The position numbers and the translations under genes were made by a program. The notes under the pieces are model-generated. The model was given only the letters and a program-made list of their open reading frames with translations. It was not told the DNA's origin and searched no databases. A DNA stretch of 64,000 nucleotides from NCBI GenBank assembly GCA_025056305.1, contig JANWWJ010000010.1, positions 3,094 through 67,093 on the forward strand, written 5' to 3'. This DNA is from Chitinophagales bacterium (GTDB lineage Bacteria; Bacteroidota; Bacteroidia; Chitinophagales; UBA10324). Of the stretch, positions 37,333 to 46,295 are shown piece by piece. The number at the start of each line of letters is the position of its first letter. The stretch's first letter is position 1.

Positions 37333-38291
37333 CCTATGCTGACGATGTGGCGGCTGTAGACGGGTTGGCCGCAGCTTATGAAAAAATGCAACAACAAATT
37401 GGCCGAGTTATCGTGGGCCAGAAAGACGTCATTGAATTAGTGCTCATCTCCATCCTGTGCGATAGCCACAGTTTATTGGTGGGTGTACCAGGCTTGGCCA
37501 AGACCTTGTTGGTGAAAACCGTTGCCGATGTATTAGACCTTTCGTTTAAACGTATTCAGTTCACTCCCGACTTAATGCCTTCCGATATCATCGGATCTGA
37601 GGTGATGGATGAATCACGGCATTTTTATTTCAGTAAAGGACCCGTATTTGCCAACATCATTCTGGCGGATGAAATTAACCGCACACCACCTAAAACCCAG
37701 GCAGCTCTGTTGGAGAGCATGCAGGAAAAAGCAGTAACGGTAGCTGGCCAGAGACATCTCTTACCTGAACCTTTCTTTGTATTGGCCACCCAAAATCCCA
37801 TAGAACAGGAAGGCACCTATCCCTTGCCAGAAGCCCAATTGGACCGCTTCATGTTTGAAATCAGGCTCGGTTATTTACCCTTCGACGAGGAGCTGCGCAT
37901 GGTGCGGGAAACCACTGCGCTGCATAAGCCTGAACTGGAAAAGGTCTTGGGTGCGGCCGATATCCTCTTTTTTCAAAAGCTGGTGCGCAAAATCCCGGTG
38001 ACCGATAACGTGATGAATTACGCCGTCAATTTGGCCCGACGCACCCGTCCACAACAACCGGAAGCACCATCCTTCATCAATGACTACATCGCGTGGGGTG
38101 CCGGCCCTCGGGCCTCGCAGTTTTTGGTTTTGGGGGCCAAATGCCATGCCGCTCTCCATGGCAAATACGCGCCAGATATTGAGGATGTTCAGGCTATTGC
38201 TCTACCTGTCTTGCGACACCGCATTGTGCGCAATTACAAAGCCGAGGCAGAAAATGTGAGTGTTGAAGAGCTGGTCAAACGTTTGCTCTGA
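37308..38291 (+). CDS. MoxR-family AAA+ ATPase
   Basis: Walker A LLVGVPGLAKT, Walker B IILADEINR, ATQNPIEQEGTYPLPEAQLDRF. Overlaps the surA-like gene by 25 nt if ATG 37308 is used. Confidence 0.9.
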   Translation: MEPTHATITYADDVAAVDGLAAAYEKMQQQIGRVIVGQKDVIELVLISILCDSHSLLVGVPGLAKTLLVKTVADVLDLSFKRIQFTPDLMPSDIIGSEVMDESRHFYFSKGPVFANIILADEINRTPPKTQAALLESMQEKAVTVAGQRHLLPEPFFVLATQNPIEQEGTYPLPEAQLDRFMFEIRLGYLPFDEELRMVRETTALHKPELEKVLGAADILFFQKLVRKIPVTDNVMNYAVNLARRTRPQQPEAPSFINDYIAWGAGPRASQFLVLGAKCHAALHGKYAPDIEDVQAIALPVLRHRIVRNYKAEAENVSVEELVKRLL

Positions 38292-38334
38292 GGGGCTTGC
38301 TTAAAAATGCTACTTTCAACCGAGGGTAGCAGGT

Positions 38335-39090
38335 ATGGATTGGGTTCAGTGGACATTGCTGTTTTTTCTCCCCATCGAAGCGCGCGCCTTGGAGTTAGAT
38401 CCCTTGGGAAATCTCTACCTCACCAAACCAACCCAGGAGCTGGTTAAACTCGATTCGTTAGGAAATGTGCTCTTTACCTATCCTCAGAACCGATGGGGGG
38501 TCCTCCATCGGGTGGAAGCAACAAATCCCATGAAAATTCTGTTGTCATATCACGACTATGCGCAAATTGTGGTTTTAGACAATACATTGAGCGAGCTGGG
38601 CGTATTGTCGCTTCAGCGATTAGGGATCAATTCGTGTTCGGCAACCGCATTTTCCCCTCGCGACAATGCAGTCTGGATTTACGACCGGGAGCAATGGAAT
38701 CTGAAAAAGATTGACCTGAACGGAAACATAGTTCTTGATGCTCCAGACATGCTTCAGCAATTAGGCATTGTGCTTGAACCGGTATTCATGGTCGAACACC
38801 ACAATCGCCTTTATATTTCTGACACCACCAATGGCATTTTTGTTTTTGATGCCTATGGCCTCTTTCTCGAACAGTTGCCGCTTTCCATGGTTACCAATTT
38901 TCAGGTTTCAGGAACTACACTTGTCGGCATGCAAAAAGGGGCAGTCGTCCTTTATGACCTTATTCATGGAAAAAGTAAAAATATTTCACCGCCGGTAGCG
39001 CAGCCCTGCCAAGGCGTTCGAATTCTTCATGACCGCTGGTTCATGCTGTTTCCCTCAGGGCTTTACGTGTACAGGCTGCTGCATCGCTGA
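38335..39090 (+). CDS. Hypothetical protein (possible beta-propeller-like repeats)
   Basis: 251-aa ORF co-directional with moxR. Recurrent hydrophobic-strand plus G/N-turn pattern. No motif recognised. Confidence 0.5.
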   Translation: MDWVQWTLLFFLPIEARALELDPLGNLYLTKPTQELVKLDSLGNVLFTYPQNRWGVLHRVEATNPMKILLSYHDYAQIVVLDNTLSELGVLSLQRLGINSCSATAFSPRDNAVWIYDREQWNLKKIDLNGNIVLDAPDMLQQLGIVLEPVFMVEHHNRLYISDTTNGIFVFDAYGLFLEQLPLSMVTNFQVSGTTLVGMQKGAVVLYDLIHGKSKNISPPVAQPCQGVRILHDRWFMLFPSGLYVYRLLHR

Positions 39091-39295
39091 GTCCCCAAGT
39101 CGATGCTTCAACGCAAAAGAGCAGGTGTGAAACAGGCAGCCATGAGAAGTAGCCTAAGTGTAAGCTTTTTCTTTTTTGACGAAACCTTTTATGGCTTAAT
39201 TAAGTAAAACAGCCAAAGCCAGAGGTATGCGTCATTCCAATGGCTTTGTCCAAAAGAATTTTTTGCTCCGAATGCGTGAACAATGTGTTAAAGCC

Positions 39296-41539
39296 ATGCA
39301 TGTGGTCCTGAAGCGTTTGTTTTTGTGTTGGGGCGCTGCATTGCCTGTATCCTTCGCATGGGCACAATGCCAGCTGCCTAAAGTGCCTTATGCAACGGTA
39401 AGTTCCTGGACTTCGTGCTCAGCCACCCTTACATGGGGGCGGGTCAACGGGGCTGCCCATTATACGGTGAAATATAAGTTCAAGGATGCAAGTGGTTGGA
39501 CTAAACTTCCTAATGTAATTACCGATACCTTTTTCACTTTTACGGGCCTGTTGCCCGACACCACTTATAAGTTTGCAGTCGCTGTCGTGTGCAGCAATGG
39601 CAGCAACTCAGGCTATCGGAATGCACAAAAGAAAACCAGTAAGGTCACCAATCCTGAAAACTTTTCTGCTTCTGAGCCATTGGGTATTTCTATAAAGCTA
39701 ACATGGACACCAGTTTGTCCGGTAATTCACTATAATATTCGCTACAAAAAAACGAGCATAAGTACGTGGACTACCATTACCGGCGCTACCTCCTCCAACA
39801 GCTATGTCGTGTCGGGTCTAACGCCCCAAACTGATTATGAATTTCAAATTCAAGCTCACAACCAGAAAGGGACGGCAAGTTGGTCATCGAGCATTTATTT
39901 GAATTCAGGGGAAGTGCCACCTCCTCCACCCATGCCTCCGCCCAAGCCCAATTTCATCATTTATGTGCTAGACGATGGACGTTACGACCACTATGCTCCC
40001 AATGGGGGACCGTCGTGGTTTCAGTCGCCCAGCATTAATCGCATTGCTCAGGAAGGCATAAATTTTCTGTATTCTTTTCCCACTACCTCATTATGTGCAC
40101 CAAGCCGAGTTTCTATCTATACCGGCTTATATGCCCATAAGCACGGTGCAATTGACAACAACACGCGTCGCTACGAAGGACTTTATCACGTGCAACAGAT
40201 ATTGCGTAGCAATGGTTATTATACCGGTTTCGTGGGCAAGTTCGGTCAATTTCAAGGCGATCCGGAAGGATTTGATTGGTGGGCAACCTCCAAGGGAAAC
40301 ATCTTTATGAATCCTCAATATGAAATCAACGGACAAGACACCCTAATCAGCGGGCATATCTCAGATGCTTATCAAAATCTGGCCTTGCGTTTTCTGAACA
40401 GCGTGCCCCCAGGTAAGAAGTTTTTGCTGATGTTTTTTACCCGTATTCCGCACCTGCCTACTACTCCTCGTCCGGAAGACACTGGTTTGTATTTGAACGA
40501 ACAAATGCCTTTGCCGACCAACATGTCCAACTACGCCTACAACTTTCCTTCCTTCTTTTACAATGGCGGGGGGCATAAATGGGGCAAAAGTGCTCAGCAA
40601 ACCGACTCCATCAAGCGCTTAGATTTCCAGTGCCTCAACGGTGCAGAACGGAACATGGCCGCCTTGTTCAACTGGCTGGAAACAAAAGGCTTGCTCGACA
40701 GCACCATGATCATATTTACTTCCGACAACGGCTACCTTCAGGGAGAACATAACCTGGAAGCCAAACAACTAATGCAGGAAGAATCGATCCGGGTGCCCAT
40801 GTTTGTGCGCTTACCAGCTTGGTTCCCGGCCGGAACTGTATCTACCGTTCAAACCCTCAACGTCGACATTGCCCCTACCTTGCTTCATGCTGCCGGTATA
40901 GTAGACACTTTTGGCTTTGACGGGGTGTCCCTATACAAATTGTACACCGGCGAAGTGCAACGTAAATACATTTATTACCAATTCTTTGGAGATGGCAACA
41001 CACCGCAAATCAGAGGTGTGCGCAGCAATCAGTATAAATACGTCAAACACTATTGTACGCAGGTTACGGAAGAGTTTTATGACTTAGTTAACGATCCAAA
41101 AGAAAATACCAACCTCATTAACACTGCTGCTTATGCTGGAATCATTAACACTTATCGTCAGATCTTAGACAGTTTGCGTCAAGCCTTAAATGATTTTAAT
41201 CCTTCAGTCATTCCTTGCCAGCTTAATAACGTGCACTACAGCCGCGAGGCATCAGAGCTCATGGCCGAACAGGAACGGGAGGAAGATTTGTTTGAAATAC
41301 AGGTATTCCCCAACCCTGCTTCAGAACAGGTAATCATTCGCTATGCCGATAGCGAACGTGATGACATGACGGTTTCCGTATTTACCATCACAGGTCAACG
41401 CCAGCATGTTCAGCAATTTCGATCTATCAATCATTTTGAGTTGCGTTTGGCCACCGCTTCATGGCCAGCGGGTACCTACGTGGTGATGGTTTCTAAAGGG
41501 CAAAGGCTTCACAAACAGTTGTTCCACCTACAGCATTGA
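39296..41539 (+). CDS. Cys-type sulfatase with two N-terminal fibronectin type III domains and T9SS C-terminal sorting domain
   Basis: Start moved to ATG 39296 (MHVVLKRLFLCWGAALPVSFAWAQ). Two FN3-like modules (..TLTWGRVNGAAHYTVKY.., ..KLTWTPVCPVIHYNIRY..). Sulfatase motifs IIYVLDDGRYD, SLCAPSRVSIYTGLY (CxPxR), FTSDNGY. C-terminus VFPNPASEQVII...GTYVVMV. Confidence 0.85.
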   Translation: MHVVLKRLFLCWGAALPVSFAWAQCQLPKVPYATVSSWTSCSATLTWGRVNGAAHYTVKYKFKDASGWTKLPNVITDTFFTFTGLLPDTTYKFAVAVVCSNGSNSGYRNAQKKTSKVTNPENFSASEPLGISIKLTWTPVCPVIHYNIRYKKTSISTWTTITGATSSNSYVVSGLTPQTDYEFQIQAHNQKGTASWSSSIYLNSGEVPPPPPMPPPKPNFIIYVLDDGRYDHYAPNGGPSWFQSPSINRIAQEGINFLYSFPTTSLCAPSRVSIYTGLYAHKHGAIDNNTRRYEGLYHVQQILRSNGYYTGFVGKFGQFQGDPEGFDWWATSKGNIFMNPQYEINGQDTLISGHISDAYQNLALRFLNSVPPGKKFLLMFFTRIPHLPTTPRPEDTGLYLNEQMPLPTNMSNYAYNFPSFFYNGGGHKWGKSAQQTDSIKRLDFQCLNGAERNMAALFNWLETKGLLDSTMIIFTSDNGYLQGEHNLEAKQLMQEESIRVPMFVRLPAWFPAGTVSTVQTLNVDIAPTLLHAAGIVDTFGFDGVSLYKLYTGEVQRKYIYYQFFGDGNTPQIRGVRSNQYKYVKHYCTQVTEEFYDLVNDPKENTNLINTAAYAGIINTYRQILDSLRQALNDFNPSVIPCQLNNVHYSREASELMAEQEREEDLFEIQVFPNPASEQVIIRYADSERDDMTVSVFTITGQRQHVQQFRSINHFELRLATASWPAGTYVVMVSKGQRLHKQLFHLQH

Positions 41540-41653
41540 CCCTCCTAAGGCCCATTGATCCTTCTTGAACGGAGCCATATATGGATCAGGTGCCGCACAA
41601 AACAGGGGAATTTAACTGCGGGGAATAATGTTTAGTCTTTAGTTTGGGGTGCT

Positions 41654-42817
41654 GTGCTTGGACCGCTAATCGATTTTCACCATACGCGCCAACGTGTAGA
41701 TGAGCTAAACCGAGAGGCAGTTCACGATTACCTATACCATTGGGAAGAAGCTTTCTGCGCTGCTCGCCAGGCAGAACTTCTGGCCGACGAAATAGATTAC
41801 CCCACCGGAAAGGCTGATGCACTTCAGAATCAGGCACGTTGTGCGCGCGTCCAAGCCGACTTCCGACGGTCGGCAAACCTTTCGTTGGAGGCTTATCGGT
41901 TGTATCAACAAAAAAACCACACCGCAGGCATGGCTGATGCATTGGCCAACATGGCCTTTATGCAGATTAATCTGGAAAACTACACTTCTGCATTAACCCT
42001 TGCTGCACGTTCAGTACGCCTTGCCCAGTTAAGTGGCCATCCTGGGGTTCAAAGTTTTGCGTTTTTGGTAAAAGGGATGGCCTATGAACACCTCTGGGAT
42101 TATGAACGGGCGCTCCATTACCACCGCCAGGCTTTAGCGTACAGCCGAACTGCTCAAGATACCATAGGAGAGGGAGCTGCCCTCTTGAACCTCGGCATCG
42201 TGCTGCGAAAAGAAGGGCGTTTGAACACCGCATTAGAATACATCGATCGGGCTTATACCCTTTTCTTGCATAAAAACTTATTATTATTAATCGCTGCCGG
42301 AATGTATTACCAGGCAAAAGTCTATGAAGACTTACACCAACTCGAGCGGGCGGAGCATTTGTTGGAAGATGCATTAGGTATTGTAAAAAACATAAATCAT
42401 GCTCAAGGTCAGGGACCGCTGTATCTGCGCTTGGGTTCGGTTTGCCGTAAGCAGTATCGTTTTGCTCAGGCAAGTGAATACCTGATCCAAAGTATTGAAC
42501 TTTCGCGCAGTTATGGTAAACATCAAGCTGAATGCAAGGGTTTACTCGAATTGGCCTTGTGCGAGATAGCCCAGGGCTCTACAACGGAAGCTATTCACAC
42601 GCTCAGCGAAGCAGACATGACGGCCGAGCTGGCCGACCTGGATACAACCCGTTGCGAAGTTTTGGAATGTTTGGCAAAAGCCTATGCTGCTAAGGGCAAG
42701 TGGCGGCAAGCCTTTGAGACCATGCAGCATGCTGCCCAGCTGCGCAAGCATGTATTCGATCAGGTCCGAACATCAAGTTATCGCCTCATTTTAGGAATCA
42801 ACCCATATGAATTTTGA
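41654..42817 (+). CDS. Tetratricopeptide-repeat (TPR) protein, stand-alone
   Basis: 387 aa from a GTG start. No in-frame ATG until about residue 92. Repeated A-x-x-x-L/A-x-x-Y helical pairs throughout. No signal peptide, TM segment or output domain seen. Confidence 0.6.
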   Translation: MLGPLIDFHHTRQRVDELNREAVHDYLYHWEEAFCAARQAELLADEIDYPTGKADALQNQARCARVQADFRRSANLSLEAYRLYQQKNHTAGMADALANMAFMQINLENYTSALTLAARSVRLAQLSGHPGVQSFAFLVKGMAYEHLWDYERALHYHRQALAYSRTAQDTIGEGAALLNLGIVLRKEGRLNTALEYIDRAYTLFLHKNLLLLIAAGMYYQAKVYEDLHQLERAEHLLEDALGIVKNINHAQGQGPLYLRLGSVCRKQYRFAQASEYLIQSIELSRSYGKHQAECKGLLELALCEIAQGSTTEAIHTLSEADMTAELADLDTTRCEVLECLAKAYAAKGKWRQAFETMQHAAQLRKHVFDQVRTSSYRLILGINPYEF

Positions 42818-42913
42818 GGACAAACGCAGCAATACCGGTATCTTATGGAAAAAATTTTAACATAGCGAAAGGCTGTCTGAGCGCTACGGGCGATTAGCAG
42901 GCAGTCAAATGTT

Positions 42914-42921
42914 TACATTTG
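42914..42921 (+). promoter_or_regulatory. Candidate -7 promoter element TACATTTG for the MFS-glgE-mak genes
   Basis: Exact TAnnTTTG match 13 nt upstream of ATG 42935. Confidence 0.35.
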
Positions 42922-42934
42922 CCGCCGCTGATTT

Positions 42935-44236
42935 ATGCGCAACATAGGTACCCAACAACCTGCTGCTCTTCAGAAGCATTGGTACAACATGGCCGTTGTG
43001 GTTGCGGCCCTCGGCTATTTTGTGGACGTATATGACTTGTTGCTTTTTGGCATTGTGCGCGTACCCAGCTTGTTGGATTTGGGATATCGAGGAGAAGAAC
43101 TCTTGCATGTCGGCGCCTATCTGCTCAACTGGCAAATGGGCGGCATGCTGGTGGGCGGTGTGTTGTGGGGCGTTTGGGGCGATAAAAAAGGTCGCCTTAG
43201 TGTCTTGTTTGGATCCATAGCCCTTTATTCCATAGCAAATATACTTAATGGAACCGTTCAGAGCATCGGCATGTATGCGTTTTATCGGTTCATTGCCGGT
43301 ATCGGTTTGGCTGGCGAATTAGGTGCCGGCATTACGTTGGTAGCAGAAGTCATGACGAAGGAACACCGCGGCTATGGCACAACCATCGTCAGTGCTTTTG
43401 GCATCTTCGGCGCCGTGGTGGCAGCAATCGTTGCCGAGTGGTTCGATTGGCGCACGGCTTATTACATCGGAGGTGGCCTGGGTTTGGTTTTGCTAATCCT
43501 GCGCATCAGTGCTTACGAATCCGGCATGTTTCACCACATGAAACAGGAGGCGGTTCGCCGAGGCGATTTCTTGGCCTTGCTGTACCGAAAAAACCTTTGG
43601 CCTCGCTATCTGCGCGGTATTCTCATCGGCGTGCCCATCTGGTTCGTCATTGGCATCCTGATCACCTTCGCCCCGGAATTTGCCCAGTTTCTCGGTGTGG
43701 CCCTTGACGCCAACGGCAAAACGACTATAGAGGCCAGTGAAGCCATCATGTATCATTATGCAGGGGCGGCTACCGGTGCCTTATGTTGTGGCTTGCTGAG
43801 CCAATATTTGAAAAGCCGAAAAAAAGCTTTGTATTACTTCTTGCTTGCCGATGCGGCCGGTGTGTTCATCTATTTCTTGCTGCAGGGTGCCTCTGCCGCC
43901 GTCTTTTACTTGTATTGCTTTCTGTTTGGCGTGGCCAACGGATACTGGAGTGTGTTCATTACCATTGCCAGCGAACAATTCGGTACCAATATTCGGGCAA
44001 CCGTTACAACATCGACGCCCAATTTTGTGCGGGGAGCAGTAGTGCCGATCACCACATCATTTGTATGGCTCAACCAGCAGGGACTGGGCATGATGGGAGC
44101 GACGTTGATCGTCGGAGCCGTGGTGCTCACATTGGCTTTTGTGTCGCTTTACTTTACAGAAGAGACGTATGGAAAAGATCTGAATTATTTGGAAGTGTTT
44201 GGAACGCAGAAGCAGGCAGAAGGGCAGGAACTTTAA
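42935..44236 (+). CDS. MFS transporter
   Basis: 433 aa, about 12 hydrophobic helices. MFS loop motif GDKKGRL between TM2 and TM3. Confidence 0.85.
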   Translation: MRNIGTQQPAALQKHWYNMAVVVAALGYFVDVYDLLLFGIVRVPSLLDLGYRGEELLHVGAYLLNWQMGGMLVGGVLWGVWGDKKGRLSVLFGSIALYSIANILNGTVQSIGMYAFYRFIAGIGLAGELGAGITLVAEVMTKEHRGYGTTIVSAFGIFGAVVAAIVAEWFDWRTAYYIGGGLGLVLLILRISAYESGMFHHMKQEAVRRGDFLALLYRKNLWPRYLRGILIGVPIWFVIGILITFAPEFAQFLGVALDANGKTTIEASEAIMYHYAGAATGALCCGLLSQYLKSRKKALYYFLLADAAGVFIYFLLQGASAAVFYLYCFLFGVANGYWSVFITIASEQFGTNIRATVTTSTPNFVRGAVVPITTSFVWLNQQGLGMMGATLIVGAVVLTLAFVSLYFTEETYGKDLNYLEVFGTQKQAEGQEL

Positions 44237-44255
44237 ATGCATAAAATAAATTAAT

Positions 44256-46202
44256 ATGAAAAACGGCAAAATACGAGTAGTTTTTAACCACTTGCAGCCG
44301 CTTATCGATGATGGCCGCTTTCCGGTGCGACGTACGGTTGGGGAGCACGTGGAAGTATCGGTGGAAGCCTTTGCCGACGGGCATGATGTGGTGCGCTGTC
44401 GCCTGTTGTATCGACACCAGAGTGAACGACGGTGGCACAGTAGCCTTATGGAGCATTCGTACGGTCAGCTGTTTCGAAGCCCCTTTGAGGTTAATCGTGA
44501 GGGGCTGTGGTACTTTAAGGTGGAAGGATGGGTAGATCACCCGCTTTCGTGGCAGGATCAGCTCCGGCGTCGCCATCAGGCACGTGAAAAGCTGGATGCC
44601 GAGCTTTTGATGGCGGCTCAGTACCTGCGTGCCCTCCTTGATCGTTGCAAGCCAGAAGAACAAGAAGCCGTCCAACAATTGGCTGATTTATTCACTGACC
44701 CTTTGCGCTACGAGGAGGCCGAACAGGCGGCGTTAAATGGAGCTGCCGGCCATTGGTTTCTAAAATATCCCTCTGACGAGCTGCGCAGTGAGTCTATGGT
44801 CGGGCGTGTTCAGGTGGACCGCCTGAAAGCACGTTTCAGCACCTGGTATGAACTATTTCCCCGTTCGGCAGCAGAAAAAGCAGGACAGCATGGCACCTTC
44901 GCCGATGTTCAACGACTGCTGCCCCGCTTGCAGGAAATGGGCATTGATGTGTTGTATCTGCCGCCTATCCATCCCATAGGCATCACCAACCGAAAAGGAA
45001 AGAATAATTCCTTGAAGGCCCGCAAAGGCGAACCCGGTGTGCCGTGGGCTATCGGAAATCACGAGGGAGGTCATAAAGCCATACATCCAGAACTGGGCAC
45101 CCTTCAAGACTTTCGAAAGCTGGTCAATGCAGCCCATCAGCACGGCATTGAGATTGCATTGGATTATGCCTTGCAATGCTCGCCTGATCATCCCTATGTA
45201 CAACAACATCCCTCGTGGTTTCGTTGGCGTCCCGACGGGAGCATTCAATATGCCGAAAATCCACCCAAAAAATATCAGGACGTCATCCCCTTCAATTTTG
45301 AAACAGATGATTGGAAAAAATTATGGAATGAACTCAAAAGCATTTTGGAGTTCTGGATCGCCGAAGGAGTAAAAATGTTCCGTGTCGATAATCCGCATAC
45401 AAAACCGGTATATTTCTGGGAATGGCTCATTGCAGAAATCAAGAGCAAACATCCCGACGTCATCTTTTTGTCCGAAGCGTTCACTGCCCCTCATATGATG
45501 TATCATTTGGCTAAGATTGGCTTTACGCAATCCTATACTTATTTTACTTGGCGGTACACCAAAACGGAGATCACCGAATACGTTGAAGAGCTCACCCAAA
45601 CCCCTGTGCGGGAATATTTCCGACCCAATTTTTGGCCTAACACTCCTGATATACTTCCGTTCCACCTGCAGAGCGGAAAAGAATCGGTTTTTATCACGCG
45701 TTTGTTCTTGGCAGCCACGCTGAGTTCCAACTACGGCTTTTACGGTCCGGTCTATGAGCTCATGGTGCATGAGGCCTTGCCCGGGAGAGAGGAATATCTG
45801 AACAGCGAAAAATATGAGTTGCGTCATTGGGATTGGGATCGGGATACACGGGTGAAAATGCTGATCGGCATCATCAACAAGGCTCGTCGGGAAAATACCG
45901 CATTGCAGTTTACAAATAATATTGAATTTCTTAATATACAAAATGAACATATATTGGCTTATTACAAAGTGGATCCTCAGCGCTCCAACCACATCATCTG
46001 TGTCGTAAACCTTCACCCCGATTACGTACAGAGTGGTTTTGTACAAGTACCCCTGGAAAAAATCGGGCGAAGGGAAGATGAGGCTTTTGTCGTACACGAC
46101 CTGCTTAACGACGCTCGCTACACCTGGCGAGGACGTTGGAATTATGTAGAACTCAACCCGCACATCTTGCCTTGTCATCTGTTTCGCATTGAGGAACCCT
46201 GA
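44256..46202 (+). CDS. glgE: Alpha-1,4-glucan:maltose-1-phosphate maltosyltransferase GlgE
   Basis: N-terminal DDGRFPVRRTVGEHVEVSVEAFADGHD (GlgE N-domain). GH13 catalytic motifs FRVDNPHTKP and IFLSEAFT. Length 648 aa. Confidence 0.9.
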   Translation: MKNGKIRVVFNHLQPLIDDGRFPVRRTVGEHVEVSVEAFADGHDVVRCRLLYRHQSERRWHSSLMEHSYGQLFRSPFEVNREGLWYFKVEGWVDHPLSWQDQLRRRHQAREKLDAELLMAAQYLRALLDRCKPEEQEAVQQLADLFTDPLRYEEAEQAALNGAAGHWFLKYPSDELRSESMVGRVQVDRLKARFSTWYELFPRSAAEKAGQHGTFADVQRLLPRLQEMGIDVLYLPPIHPIGITNRKGKNNSLKARKGEPGVPWAIGNHEGGHKAIHPELGTLQDFRKLVNAAHQHGIEIALDYALQCSPDHPYVQQHPSWFRWRPDGSIQYAENPPKKYQDVIPFNFETDDWKKLWNELKSILEFWIAEGVKMFRVDNPHTKPVYFWEWLIAEIKSKHPDVIFLSEAFTAPHMMYHLAKIGFTQSYTYFTWRYTKTEITEYVEELTQTPVREYFRPNFWPNTPDILPFHLQSGKESVFITRLFLAATLSSNYGFYGPVYELMVHEALPGREEYLNSEKYELRHWDWDRDTRVKMLIGIINKARRENTALQFTNNIEFLNIQNEHILAYYKVDPQRSNHIICVVNLHPDYVQSGFVQVPLEKIGRREDEAFVVHDLLNDARYTWRGRWNYVELNPHILPCHLFRIEEP

Positions 46203-46295
46203 GGGCAAAACCTTTTTTAATTTTTCGCCACAAAAGGCGCCGTGCAGGCACGTCCCTCTTCTTTGGGCAGCGTCGGTGGAGTCACAGACCAAAGC

